Below are positions 1 through 11,200 of a DNA stretch of 64,000 bases, in pieces (the first letter of the stretch is position 1; every line of letters starts with the position of its first letter). Position numbers and translations under genes: made by a program. The notes beneath the pieces are model-generated. The model saw only the letters and a list, made by a program, of their open reading frames with translations. It had not been told where the DNA came from and did not search any database. The DNA is from a virus (taxonomy: Duplodnaviria > Heunggongvirae > Uroviricota > Caudoviricetes), in IMG/VR virus record IMGVR_UViG_3300013902_000006; one strand, written 5' to 3'.

Positions 1-53
1 AATATAAAGTTTTAAATGTATTTTTCGAGTTGACTTTTTGTTAGTCTCTTTAA

Positions 54-1475
54 ATGGCAGAAATTGTAAATACTACAACATTAGGTTATTTAGGAAACGA
101 GTTTCAAATGAAACTGGTAAAGTGTTTCATAGAAGACCAAAGCTTTTTCGCTTCAATAGCAGCGATTGTAGACCAAAATATGTTCTCTGATGAGTCTCTT
201 AGGAAAATTGTGAGGTTTATGAAGGAACGTTATGAGAAAGACGAGAAAGTTGCGACCTATTTCGAGTTGGAAACTATTATCAGGAGTAAAATATCCGATG
301 TCGTCACGGTTGAAATGACTTTGGCGACACTTAACAATATAAAGACCTCCGATTTGGATGGAATGGACTTGATTGAAAATACCTGTGAGAAATTCTTTAA
401 ACAACAGAATCTTACCAAGGCGATAAACCAATCAGTCGAAATAATCAAGAAAGGAAATGCCGACAATTATTACGAGATAGAAGACATTATCAGAAAGGCG
501 TTAGATGTCAATACAAATTTCGATAAGGGCTACAATCCTATGGATGGTATCGAGGATGCCTTAAGCGAGGATTATCGAAACGCAATACCGACAGGTTTTA
601 AACGTCTTGATGATGCTTTATATGGTGGACTTGCCAAAGGTGAATTGGGAGTTATCGTCGCTCCAAGTGGTACTGGAAAAACGAGTGCAACAACAGGTTT
701 TGCGGCATATGCGGCAACATATAAATGTGAGGCTAATAATTACAAGGGTTTCAAGGTACTACACATTCATTTCGAAGATGAGGATAAAAATATCAAGCGT
801 AAGTATTATGGCTTTATGACTGATATTGACGCTTGTATGCTTTCGTTGCCGGATGTTAGACCTAATGTCATTGAGATGCTTTCCACAACCAAGGCAGAAG
901 AAGCAAGAATGATAAAGGAGAATGTCACTTGCTACCATCCTCAAAGTGGAGAAATGTCGGCGAGCGAGATAAAAGCTAAGATTAAACGTATGATAGCGCA
1001 CGGATTTAAGCCCGACTTGGTCGTTATTGACTATTTCGAATGTCTTAAATTGGAAAAACCTGAAACCGCAGCCGATAAGGAATGGACACGTGAGGGTATA
1101 ACGATGAGAAAACTTGAATCGATTGCACACGAATTCGATGTGGCATTATGGGTACCAATTCAGGGTACAAAGGATTCCTTGGGTCAAGAGTACGTAGGGC
1201 TGCAACAAGCGGGAGGTTCAGTGAAAAAAGTACAGATCGGCCACGTCATTATTACTTTCGCAAGGACACCTGATATGACAGAGAAAGGCTTGATGAATAT
1301 ATACCTTCAAAAATTCAGAGGGGGTAGAATGAATGATACAAAGATGATGAATATCAGTTTCAACAATGGTACTTGTCATTTTACCGATAATAACAGTGAT
1401 GAACTTGACGGCATTGATTACCCGACACAACAGTCTGCGGTGGCTCAACAAGTAGCAAATCGATACCGACAATAG
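54..1475 (+). CDS. DnaB/gp41-like replicative helicase (RecA-fold P-loop ATPase)
   Basis: Walker A GELGVIVAPSGTGKTSATTGF aligns with the DnaB H1 motif. DLVVIDYFECL resembles the DnaB H2/Walker B LIVIDYLQL. FRGGRMND...FNNGT resembles the DnaB arginine-finger region. Confidence 0.55.
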   Translation: MAEIVNTTTLGYLGNEFQMKLVKCFIEDQSFFASIAAIVDQNMFSDESLRKIVRFMKERYEKDEKVATYFELETIIRSKISDVVTVEMTLATLNNIKTSDLDGMDLIENTCEKFFKQQNLTKAINQSVEIIKKGNADNYYEIEDIIRKALDVNTNFDKGYNPMDGIEDALSEDYRNAIPTGFKRLDDALYGGLAKGELGVIVAPSGTGKTSATTGFAAYAATYKCEANNYKGFKVLHIHFEDEDKNIKRKYYGFMTDIDACMLSLPDVRPNVIEMLSTTKAEEARMIKENVTCYHPQSGEMSASEIKAKIKRMIAHGFKPDLVVIDYFECLKLEKPETAADKEWTREGITMRKLESIAHEFDVALWVPIQGTKDSLGQEYVGLQQAGGSVKKVQIGHVIITFARTPDMTEKGLMNIYLQKFRGGRMNDTKMMNISFNNGTCHFTDNNSDELDGIDYPTQQSAVAQQVANRYRQ

Positions 1476-1638
1476 GTGACTAAATAGTAGTTTTGACTGA
1501 ATTTCAGTGTAATTTTTCTAATAAAATTTTTCTGTCTGAAACTCAATTATTTAGACACTTTTAGTTAATTTTATAATAATTTTTTATTGATGAAACATAT
1601 AGTTATTCTATACAATTATTTAAATAATCAGTAAAATT

Positions 1639-3966
1639 ATGAAGGTTCAAAAAAGGGACAAAACTTTAGAGTTGTTTAATTTTGATAAGATTTATAATGC
1701 TGTAGATAAGGCGTTTAAGTCTTGTGGAAAGGAAACACCAGAGGGGGTGCTTGAATGTATAAAATATAAATACGATGAAGCATTAGATGTTGTCGTAAAC
1801 ATCGAGGATATACAAGATGATGTCGAGGATTGCCTTATGGAAATCGATAAAGCCGTTGCAAAGGCGTATATCATCTATCGTTACGAACACAAGATGATTA
1901 GAGATAATGACAGCAAGTTATCAAAGGAAATCAAGAAGAAATTGATGGCGACCGACGTACAAAACCAAAACGCTAATTTGGATGAACATTCCTTCGGTGG
2001 TAAGAAAGGCGAGGTTACTGAATATGTGTTTAAGGATTATGCCCTAAGAAATTGTATGTCAAGGAAATCGAGAAACAATCACAATAATAACGAGATTTAT
2101 ATTCACGACCTAGGTTCATATGCCGATGGAGAACACAATTGTCTATCATACCCTATTGATTACTCATATCGAGATGGTACAAAGACAAGACAAGTGGATA
2201 TACGTCCAGCAAACAGTATAAATACAGCATTTCAGTTGCTTGCAGTATATTTCCAGATACAAAGTTTGCAACAATTTGGTGGTGTCTCAGTGACTCATCT
2301 GGATTGGTCGATGGTGCCATATGTGAGGAAATCGTTTTTTAAGCATTTTACGTTCGAATATATTCTTGATTGTGCGAAACACGAAGGTTATGATACGACT
2401 TCAATGAGCAAAGATGAGTGGGATAAATATAAGAAGGAAAAACGTGAGGAATTTAAAAATAAGTACGATATAAAAGATGAAAAATTCACAATAGGTGATT
2501 TCTCAATAAATATTGTCGATTTTCATATTGATGATACTAAGATAAGAGAGATAAACTATGATTGGTACGTAAGGGCATATGATGAGACTAAAAGTGAATT
2601 GGAACAAGCGGTCGAAGGAATGTATCATAATCTTAATTCACTCCAAAGCAGAAGTGGATGTCAACTTCCGTTCAGTTCTATTAACTACGGAACTTGTACA
2701 TTACCTGAGGGACGAATGGTCATAAGAGCATTATTGGAGGGGTCTCTTGACGGAGTCGGTAAATTCCATAAGACACCGATATTCCCTTGTGGAATTTTCC
2801 AATTGATGAATGGTGTTAATAAACACGAAGGTGAGCCTAATTATGATTTATTCAAATTGGCGTTGAAGTCAACAAGTCAAAGGCTGTATCCGAATTATGT
2901 GAATGTAGATTGGAGTAACAATGAGGGGTATGATAAAGATAACCCTATGACATATACCAGCACGATGGGCTGTAGAACTTACAATGGTTTCGACATTAAT
3001 GGCTTCGGTCAATTGAAGGACGGTCGGGGAAATATTTGTCCTGTGACTATCATTTTACCGACATTGGCAATGGAAGCAAAGGAAATGTACAATGAAAAAG
3101 CTAACAAGAATGAATTACAAGAAAATGAAACTGTCGTAACCATCTTTATGAAGTTACTCTCCAAAAAAATAGGAGAGGCAAAGGATATGCTCCTCGAAAG
3201 GTTTGAATGGATTTGCAGTCAGTCTCCTAAATCGGCGAAATTTATGTATGAGAATAATACGATGTTCGGATATAAACCAGAGGAAGGTATAAGGTCTGCA
3301 TTGAAACATGGTACATTAGCCGTGGGTCAACTCGGATTAGCTGAATGCTTGCAAGCGTTGATTGGGACAGATCATACGACAGAAGAAGGAATGAAATTAG
3401 CGATTGAGATTGAAAGTCTGTTTGCCAAGAAGTGCAAGGAATACAAAAAGAAATATAGTTTGAACTTCGGCGTATATCTGACCCCTGCTGAGAATCTTTG
3501 TTATACTGCGATGAAGAAGTTCAAAGCGAAATACGGTGTGATACCTAATGTTTCAGATAGAGAGTATTTTACGAACTCGATGCATGTTCCTGTGTGGAAG
3601 GAGATGACACCGTTCGAAAAAATTGATATTGAGTCTAAATTGACGGGTTTTTCAAATGCGGGCTGCATTACCTATGTGGAGTTACCTTCAACGACTAAGT
3701 ATAATCTCGATGCGCTTGAGACTATTGTACTTTATGCAATGGATAAGGATATTCCTTATTTTGCGGTTAATGTACCGAATGACACGTGTCGCCAATGCGG
3801 GTATAGAGATGAGATAAATGACAAATGCCCTATGTGTGGTTGTAGTGATATAGAAAGATTGAGACGGGTGACCGGATATCTTACTGGCGACTATATGACC
3901 TCATTTAACGTAGGTAAACGATATGAAACTGAAGATAGAGTCAAACACATTAAACGTTTCAGATGA
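1639..3966 (+). CDS. nrdD: Anaerobic ribonucleoside-triphosphate reductase, class III (NrdD)
   Basis: C-terminal Zn-ribbon CRQCGY...CPMCGC followed by the glycyl-radical motif RRVTGYL. Size 775 aa. Immediately followed by the activase with a 4-bp overlap. Confidence 0.85.
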   Translation: MKVQKRDKTLELFNFDKIYNAVDKAFKSCGKETPEGVLECIKYKYDEALDVVVNIEDIQDDVEDCLMEIDKAVAKAYIIYRYEHKMIRDNDSKLSKEIKKKLMATDVQNQNANLDEHSFGGKKGEVTEYVFKDYALRNCMSRKSRNNHNNNEIYIHDLGSYADGEHNCLSYPIDYSYRDGTKTRQVDIRPANSINTAFQLLAVYFQIQSLQQFGGVSVTHLDWSMVPYVRKSFFKHFTFEYILDCAKHEGYDTTSMSKDEWDKYKKEKREEFKNKYDIKDEKFTIGDFSINIVDFHIDDTKIREINYDWYVRAYDETKSELEQAVEGMYHNLNSLQSRSGCQLPFSSINYGTCTLPEGRMVIRALLEGSLDGVGKFHKTPIFPCGIFQLMNGVNKHEGEPNYDLFKLALKSTSQRLYPNYVNVDWSNNEGYDKDNPMTYTSTMGCRTYNGFDINGFGQLKDGRGNICPVTIILPTLAMEAKEMYNEKANKNELQENETVVTIFMKLLSKKIGEAKDMLLERFEWICSQSPKSAKFMYENNTMFGYKPEEGIRSALKHGTLAVGQLGLAECLQALIGTDHTTEEGMKLAIEIESLFAKKCKEYKKKYSLNFGVYLTPAENLCYTAMKKFKAKYGVIPNVSDREYFTNSMHVPVWKEMTPFEKIDIESKLTGFSNAGCITYVELPSTTKYNLDALETIVLYAMDKDIPYFAVNVPNDTCRQCGYRDEINDKCPMCGCSDIERLRRVTGYLTGDYMTSFNVGKRYETEDRVKHIKRFR

Positions 3967-4448
3967 ATTACGAAAGCATAACATATCCTGATGTAAACAA
4001 TGGAATTGGATGTAGGGTCACTTTATGGGTAAGTGGCTGTACCCACCATTGCAATGGATGCCAAAATAGACGGACTTGGGATTTCAATAGTGGTAAACTA
4101 TTTAATAAAGAAGCCAAGGATAAATTAATTGAAATATTAAAATTACCTTACATAAAAGGTTTAACTCTTAGTGGTGGAGACCCTTTATGTTCATATAATG
4201 ACATATTAGACTTGGCTAAGGATATAAAAGATGTATTTCCTGACAAGGATATATGGTTATATACAGGCTTTACTATTGATGTGATTAAGAAAACAATGCC
4301 AGATATATTAATTTTCGTTGATGTGATTGTTGATGGCGAGTTTATTGAGAGTAAAAGGGACATTACCTTGGCTTTCAGAGGGTCGTCTAATCAGAAGATT
4401 TGGATAAAGGATAGTGAAGGTAATTTTGTTCTTTCTAATTTAAATTAA
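3963..4448 (+). CDS. nrdG: Anaerobic RNR activating protein (radical SAM, NrdG)
   Basis: Cys cluster CRVTLWVSGCTHHCNGC at the N-terminus. Small size (161 aa). Translationally coupled to nrdD. Confidence 0.8.
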   Translation: MNYESITYPDVNNGIGCRVTLWVSGCTHHCNGCQNRRTWDFNSGKLFNKEAKDKLIEILKLPYIKGLTLSGGDPLCSYNDILDLAKDIKDVFPDKDIWLYTGFTIDVIKKTMPDILIFVDVIVDGEFIESKRDITLAFRGSSNQKIWIKDSEGNFVLSNLN

Positions 4449-4522
4449 TATGTATTTAATGTGTGGTGGCTTGATTGAAAAATATCAGGTCACTATATTT
4501 ATTTTATAATAGTACATCATAA

Positions 4523-4909
4523 ATGGCTAATTTAAAACGATATGGGATTAAGTTCCCTATTACGATACAATCTGCCGATAACACTTTGATAGATTTGAAT
4601 CAAACCAAGGATGATGAGGTGTATTCCGAGTTGGTGCATCTCATTTTTACACCGAAAGGTCAGAGACTTAGAGACCCTAATTTCGGTACAAGATTGATTC
4701 AATTTATATTTAATCCGAACGACAGTGAGACTTGGGGTGATATTTTAACCGAGATTAAGGAAACAGTCAGTAAATATATACCAAGTTGTTCCATAAAGGA
4801 CTTAACGGTTAACGAAAGTGATAACGGAATAGGATTGAACGTGGAAATGAAGTACACAGTAAAACAAAATGGTACAAATACTGAGTATACAAAATCAATA
4901 AGCATTTAA
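4523..4909 (+). CDS. Baseplate wedge protein, gp25/GPW-like
   Basis: KGQRLRDPNFGTRLIQFIFNPND matches the T4 gp25 core kGsRPFdPeFGcdLsdqlFEn. 128 aa is typical of gp25/GpW. Confidence 0.65.
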   Translation: MANLKRYGIKFPITIQSADNTLIDLNQTKDDEVYSELVHLIFTPKGQRLRDPNFGTRLIQFIFNPNDSETWGDILTEIKETVSKYIPSCSIKDLTVNESDNGIGLNVEMKYTVKQNGTNTEYTKSISI

Positions 4910-4917
4910 TTTGAACA

Positions 4918-6966
4918 ATGTCGGAAAACAAGATACAATATACGAACAGAAATTATGATGATTATCGTAAGAGTCTGATAGAATTAAGTCGAAAGTATTA
5001 TGGGGATGTTTTCGATAGTTTTGGTGATGCAAGCATAGGTCAATGGTTGATAGACGTTTTGTCGGATATTGGCGATAATTTGAATTACCATATTGATAGG
5101 TCATATCAAGAGACGAATATCAATAGTGCGCAGCAAGTAAGTTCGCTACAGGACATGGCGAGGACAAATGGTCTAAGATTACCAGGCAAAAAGAGTGCCT
5201 TGTGTGAGATAGAGATTTCGTGTGTTCTACCAGTATATCAGCAAGGAAACAATGGAAATGGTAATATCGCCCAAGCTGATGAGAATTATTGTCCTTATAT
5301 CAAGAGGGGAACATTGTTCTCGAATGGTTCGACCACCTTTGAATTGATGAATGACATTGATTTCGCCAACCAATTCAACAGTGATGGTTATTCAGACCGT
5401 GAGATTATCCCTAACAAGAATTCGAATGGAGTTATTGTTGGTTATACCTATAAAAAATTGGCTGTTGTAAGTGCAGGACAAAGTAAAATCTATAAAAAGG
5501 TCATAACATCATCAGATATCAAGCCTTTTATGGAGGTGCTGTTGCAAGACAATGATATACTTGGTGTGGAAAGTATCATATTCAAGGAGGGTAGCAATCT
5601 TAATTCTGATCCTACTATTGCTGAATTCTATGTGGATGAAGAGACTTATTACGATAAGTTGAACAAACCTGTACAACGTTATTTCGAGGTTGATAACTTA
5701 TTGGAACAAGAAAGATATGGTTATGAATTGCAAAAGACGGATATAAATGCACCTTTGACGGATGGCGAGAAAACAAACAGAACTTATTATAATCCGATAT
5801 GGGATAAAGAAGGCTTTATCATAGGTGATGAGAATATCGACGTAAGGGAAGTCGTAAGAGGCAAATGGAAACCATTGAAGAACAAATTCATTACCGAGTA
5901 TCAGGATAATTGGTATCTCAAGATAATATTCGGCTCTGGTGTAAGAAACAATTATGGAGAAATACCTTCAGATGCAAAGTCATTCACACAATATATGATG
6001 TCGAGGATGGAAGCGAATGATTGTATGGGGGTATTGCCCGAGACAAATACTACGATGTATGTATTATATAGAGTAGGCGGAGGAGAAATGTCGAATATTG
6101 CAGCAGGAACGTTAAATTCTATCATCTACCTCAATATGGATATTGTTGGGAATTGTGATGACAATAATAATGCAAGGAAAATCAAGAATGTCAGAAACTC
6201 ACTGTCAGTAACAAACACGACTCCTTCATATGGAGGAAAGGATGAACCGTCAACTGCTGAGATGCGTTATATGATAAAATACAATAGTGCGGAACAGAAT
6301 CGATGTGTCACATTGAACGATTATAAATCAAGGATACAGAAAATTCCTGCGATGTATGGTTTACCTTTCAGATTTAGTGTTAATGAGGAGAATAATAAGG
6401 TAGTTATTTATACCCTTGGTCTTGATTATAATGGTAAGTTGACAAGTTTATTGGCTGAAACTGTGGCAAACAATATCAAGACATATCTTACTCATTACAA
6501 GATGCTCAATGACTTTATTGAAATTAAGAGCGGAAAAATAATCAATGTGGCGTTTCGTCTGACAATGTATGTCGATAAGTCATACAGCAAATCAGAGGTG
6601 ACTAAGAGAGTTATCGATATGGTATATGATTATATGGATATTAGAAATCACCAAATGGGTGAGGATATTTTCTTGGGCGACTTGTCAAAGGAAATAGGAA
6701 AACTTGACGGCGTACAGAATCTCGTGTCTATTAAATGTTATAATAAAGTCGGTAACGGAGGCGATGGATATTCGACCGATACAATTAATCAACCTTTGGT
6801 AAGCGTATCGGACTGTTGTAATGATGAATATGCCGAGAGTGACATAAATACTGATAATCAGATTGACTTGGATTCAAGCGATTATACGCTAATAGGGGAT
6901 TCAATGTCAATGTTCGAGATAAGGGATAAGAATCATGATATCGAGGTCATCGTAAAGACAAGATAA
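4918..6966 (+). CDS. Putative baseplate wedge protein (gp6/Baseplate J-like)
   Basis: Large ORF directly after the gp25-like gene with a 9-bp gap, the conserved order in myovirus baseplate modules. No definitive motif, so the call is by synteny and size. Confidence 0.4.
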   Translation: MSENKIQYTNRNYDDYRKSLIELSRKYYGDVFDSFGDASIGQWLIDVLSDIGDNLNYHIDRSYQETNINSAQQVSSLQDMARTNGLRLPGKKSALCEIEISCVLPVYQQGNNGNGNIAQADENYCPYIKRGTLFSNGSTTFELMNDIDFANQFNSDGYSDREIIPNKNSNGVIVGYTYKKLAVVSAGQSKIYKKVITSSDIKPFMEVLLQDNDILGVESIIFKEGSNLNSDPTIAEFYVDEETYYDKLNKPVQRYFEVDNLLEQERYGYELQKTDINAPLTDGEKTNRTYYNPIWDKEGFIIGDENIDVREVVRGKWKPLKNKFITEYQDNWYLKIIFGSGVRNNYGEIPSDAKSFTQYMMSRMEANDCMGVLPETNTTMYVLYRVGGGEMSNIAAGTLNSIIYLNMDIVGNCDDNNNARKIKNVRNSLSVTNTTPSYGGKDEPSTAEMRYMIKYNSAEQNRCVTLNDYKSRIQKIPAMYGLPFRFSVNEENNKVVIYTLGLDYNGKLTSLLAETVANNIKTYLTHYKMLNDFIEIKSGKIINVAFRLTMYVDKSYSKSEVTKRVIDMVYDYMDIRNHQMGEDIFLGDLSKEIGKLDGVQNLVSIKCYNKVGNGGDGYSTDTINQPLVSVSDCCNDEYAESDINTDNQIDLDSSDYTLIGDSMSMFEIRDKNHDIEVIVKTR

Positions 6967-6999
6967 ATTTTCATCATTCACTGATATATGTTGAAAACA

Positions 7000-7036
7000 A
7001 GGTGCTAATGTTCTATTTTTATATAGATAGACATTA
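7000..7036 (+). terminator. Intergenic hairpin (TGCTAATG...CATTAGCA)
   Basis: 8-bp perfect inverted repeat with a ~21-nt AT-rich loop, immediately downstream of the 4918..6966 stop. Confidence 0.35.
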
Positions 7037-7057
7037 GCATTTTTATTTTATAGAATA

Positions 7058-7315
7058 ATGGGATGTAATTGTGGAAAGAAGAATTTAAGCAATATATCTA
7101 AATATACCGATGATGGTAAAGATTTTAACGAGGATAATGGCATTATAGTCAAGGCAACACAATTTTTAATACAGTTGATGTTCGGCATTTTGATAGCGAT
7201 AATATTTATCGTTATGGCAGTCCCTATGATACTATATGTGGTGTTTTGTCTTATTTTTAATCTCACACCATCTCTTAGGTTAAGGGATTTTAGAAAACTA
7301 TTCAATAAAGGATAA
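7058..7315 (+). CDS. Small membrane protein (about 35 contiguous hydrophobic residues, 1-2 TM)
   Basis: QFLIQLMFGILIAIIFIVMAVPMILYVVFCLIFNL hydrophobic core with a charged C-terminus. Confidence 0.4.
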   Translation: MGCNCGKKNLSNISKYTDDGKDFNEDNGIIVKATQFLIQLMFGILIAIIFIVMAVPMILYVVFCLIFNLTPSLRLRDFRKLFNKG

Positions 7316-7322
7316 TGATATA

Positions 7323-8234
7323 TTGTTGATGAGAAGACTGACAACTGAGGAATTTATAAATAAAGCCAAAGACATACATAATGATAAGTATAATTATACT
7401 AATACTGTGTATGTAAATGCTGTGACTAAAGTTTCTATTATATGCCCTACACACGGGGTTTTTTATCAGTTACCAAGCAGTCATTTACAAGGGCATGGAT
7501 GCCCATATTGCGGAGGTTCCAGTATTAAAACTACTGAACAATTTATACAAGAGGCAACGAATAAATGGGGTGACACTTACGATTATAGTAAAACAACATA
7601 TCGTAATGCTTTGACTAAAGTATGTATTATTTGTCCCGAGCATGGAGAATTTTGGCAACCTCCAAGCAGTCATTTACAAGGGCATGGATGCCCAAAGTGT
7701 CATTTTTTAAAGAACGGATTGAGACATCGTTCGAATACAGATGAATTTATTATAAAAGCCAAGAAGGTACACGGGAATAAGTATGATTATTCTAAAGTAA
7801 ACTATGTAAAGGTGAAGGAAAAAGTATGTATTATTTGTCCTGTACATGGGGAATTTTATCAGACACCTTGTCATCATCTTATTGGTAATGGTTGTCCAAA
7901 GTGTAATTATAGTAAAATGGAAAGTATAGTTGAAAATGCATTACTCTTTAATAATGTGCAGTTTGAATCTCAAAAGAAATTCAAATGGTTGGGAAAACAG
8001 AGTTTGGATTTTTATTTACCAAAATATAATATTGCAATAGAATGTCAAGGTGAACAACATTATAAACCTATAAAATATATCGGTGGCGATAATAAATTAA
8101 GTGTGATACAGGAAAGAGATAAAAGAAAATTAAAATTATGCAATCAAAACGATATTGATATCTTTTATATTAAATATACAGACGACTGTAATGAGGCAAT
8201 TAATAGAATATTAGAAAATATTGATACATTATAA
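7323..8234 (+). CDS. Homing-endonuclease-like protein: three tandem ~65-aa Cys/His repeats plus a C-terminal DUF559/Vsr-like PD-(D/E)xK domain
   Basis: The repeat KYDYSK..Y....KV.IICP.HG.F.Q.PSSHLQGHGCP.C occurs three times. A DNA-level repeat ccaagcagtcatttacaagggcatggatgccca occurs twice. The C-terminus LDFYLPKYNIAIECQGEQHY matches the DUF559/Vsr endonuclease motif (DF..., IEvDG..H). Confidence 0.5.
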   Translation: MLMRRLTTEEFINKAKDIHNDKYNYTNTVYVNAVTKVSIICPTHGVFYQLPSSHLQGHGCPYCGGSSIKTTEQFIQEATNKWGDTYDYSKTTYRNALTKVCIICPEHGEFWQPPSSHLQGHGCPKCHFLKNGLRHRSNTDEFIIKAKKVHGNKYDYSKVNYVKVKEKVCIICPVHGEFYQTPCHHLIGNGCPKCNYSKMESIVENALLFNNVQFESQKKFKWLGKQSLDFYLPKYNIAIECQGEQHYKPIKYIGGDNKLSVIQERDKRKLKLCNQNDIDIFYIKYTDDCNEAINRILENIDTL

Positions 8235-8236
8235 GT

Positions 8237-11200
8237 ATGAACAACGATTTGAGAACATACAGGATAAGAACAAAGGTCGGTGAGGATAAACCTACTGTGT
8301 TAAAAGTACCTTTAAAACAGACATATGATACTTTTGAGATACTTTCGTTAAAATTAGACCAAAGTAACTCTTATAAGTATTATACATCTGATTACGGTGT
8401 CATTGTCGGTCGTGTCCTTGCTAATGGAGGTGTAGGTATTCCGAACGCAAAGGTATCAATATTCATCGAGAGTGACGAGACAACCGCTGATATCAAAAAA
8501 TATATTTTATATCATTATTCATCAGTACAATCTACTGATAATGATGGTGTAAGATATAATTTATTGCCAGACGAAATAGATGAAGCCTGTCATCAGAATG
8601 TTGGTACATTCCCTAACAAGAGATTAGTCCTTGATAACAAGGATGTAATGGAAATCTTCGATAAATATTGGAAGTATACCACAGTTACAAATGAGGCTGG
8701 TGATTATATGTTGTTCGGCATTCCCACAGGCTCTCAACAATTGCATGTAGATATTGACTTGAGTGATATTGGTATATGGTCACAAAGACCAAGAGACCTT
8801 ATATATAAGGGATTTAATATCAACCAGTTTGATAGTCCGAACAAATTCAAGACAGACACCAATTTAAATTCGCTGTCTCAGATTTATTCACAGGATAGAG
8901 GGTTATATGTGTATCCTTATTGGGGAGAGACAACCGAGAACGGTGATACCATTGGTATTACCCGTTGTGATATACAAATTGATTATAAATTTGAACCTAC
9001 CTGTATCTTTATGGGTTCTATCGTAACTGATAAAGGTAATAACGCAATAGGTAAGAATTGTACTGGCACTGATTTAGTGGGAAAGATGTCTGACTTGTCA
9101 ACTGGTGAGGGTTCTATTGAAATGATAAGGAAGACCCTCGACAATAAAGTCGAGCAAGTGCAGATAAAAGGTAATCGTGTAATCGATGGTGATGGAGTAT
9201 GGTGTTACCAGATACCGATGAATCTCGATTATGTGATGACCGATGAGTTTGGTAATTTAGTACCAAGTGATAATCCTGATAGGGGTATACCTACTCGTAC
9301 AAGGGTGCGTTTCAGAATTTCATTGGATGAGCAACCTAACGATGGCTCTGCGAGAAAACGTTGCAAATATCTTGTTCCTAATAACCCTCATATCAACGAC
9401 GATGGGTTTAAAGAGAATCTTGACGCTGACTATGAATTTGGTTCGGCAACAAGAGAGGAGAGTTATTGTGATATGTTTTGGAATAAAGTATATACAGTTA
9501 AAAACTATATTCCAAGACTACAAAAAAATAGTAAGGTAACAAACCGTAAACATACAGGTATAAAGTTAATAAACCATTACGGCGATAATAACCCTATGCC
9601 TTATAATGGCTTGAGCATTAAATTAACCTTCACATTCAGATTGATTTGTGTGTTAACCAAGGCGTTTATTACCTTAATCGAATTTTTGAATATCGTTATC
9701 AGTTTATTGGGTACACTACCTTGTTGGATTGGTAGTTTGAAACTGCCTCTCATCGGTCGCCCTTTTAAATTCTTATTGAAATTAATACCGAGCTGTATTA
9801 AGCTATCGTCGGAATTTTGCGATGATGGAATAAATCCTAATGTCTATTATCCAGGATGCACAGGCTGTGTATGGAATAAAAAAACAAGAAAAGATTGCCA
9901 AGATTATCAATCAAAGCAGCCAAAGGAAGAACAATTGAGATGCCTTAATTCAACCGCACAGCTATATACTTGTGTCGAGAATGAGCTGGCACAAAGCAAT
10001 GATGCGACATCGTTCAATTTTTACAATGATTGGATTAATGGTTCGCTTTATGCACCTCTGTGGTATCGTAAGATTACACCTAAAAAGTCATTCTTATTCG
10101 GTTTGTTTAAACGTAAGGCAAAGGATGAGTGGTGTTCTGCCGATAGGGAGTTCGGAAGCTTCAGATTAATGCAAGCATGTGCTGTTGCACGTCCTGCGTC
10201 AAAAATGACATATGCCAATTTCGATGGTAAAGCAACGACTATGAGAATCGTCGATGGGAACCAATGTGGTAATAAGTGCCACGAGACAGTAAAGAATCAA
10301 GATGTTACCAATGGTGTAATATCCCCTAAGTTGACAATGTTAGGACAAACTGTTTATTATTATCGTGCCGTTGAATATGATCCAACAGCAACCCAAGAGA
10401 GCAACACTGATGTCAAAGGTGCCATTAAGACGTTATTTGCGACTGATATTGTATTATTGGGCAGTTTGAACAATTGTGATTCACAAGGAATACCACAATT
10501 CTTCAAAGAATTGGATTCAAGCACCTATAACTTACCAACTGATATTCTTTTTACTGATAATGAAATCGTTAACAGTTTCGATGACAATGGAAATCTTGTC
10601 GATGTAAAATATACTTCAAACACTGAAATGACAGGATGTGACTGGGGCAATAAGAATGAGTTCGGTAAAGATGACGGAGGCTTATTTTATGGAATCGGTT
10701 GCTCGACTATTGAGATGCAAACCAAGTCTTGCGTTAATTTAAGCCGTATCTGCGAGTTTGGTGTCTCTCTCGATGAAAGTAAATATGTACCTAACTTGAA
10801 GAATCTTAGTGGCGATGAAAACGCTTACGATTTGTTAATTGCCGATGGTTTTGTGTCTCACGATGAACTATATAATTTGGATGGCCGTTCTATGTTTGCA
10901 ACAATGAATGGCAACAGACTTAAGACTAAACTTAACACAACTAATGGTCTGAGAGAATATGATTTCAGATATTTGTATCCCGAGAGTTTCGATGGCTCAC
11001 TTGAAAAGATAATGCGTGACAAAACAGGACGGTATGGAAACGATGTAAATTACAAGAACAACTATAACCTTGAATCTGCCAGTCGTGATTATTATATATT
11101 CAGAATGGGTAACAATCCTTATTATTATGACAAGGAGTATCGTTTCCCTCGTTATGAAAATTCATTCTATTTTTATTTCGGACTAAAAAACGGAAAGACC

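Noticed and set aside
9267-10169. Internal plus-strand ORFs 9267..9539 and 9972..10169.
   Set aside because: They are alternative frames inside the 2166-aa gene.
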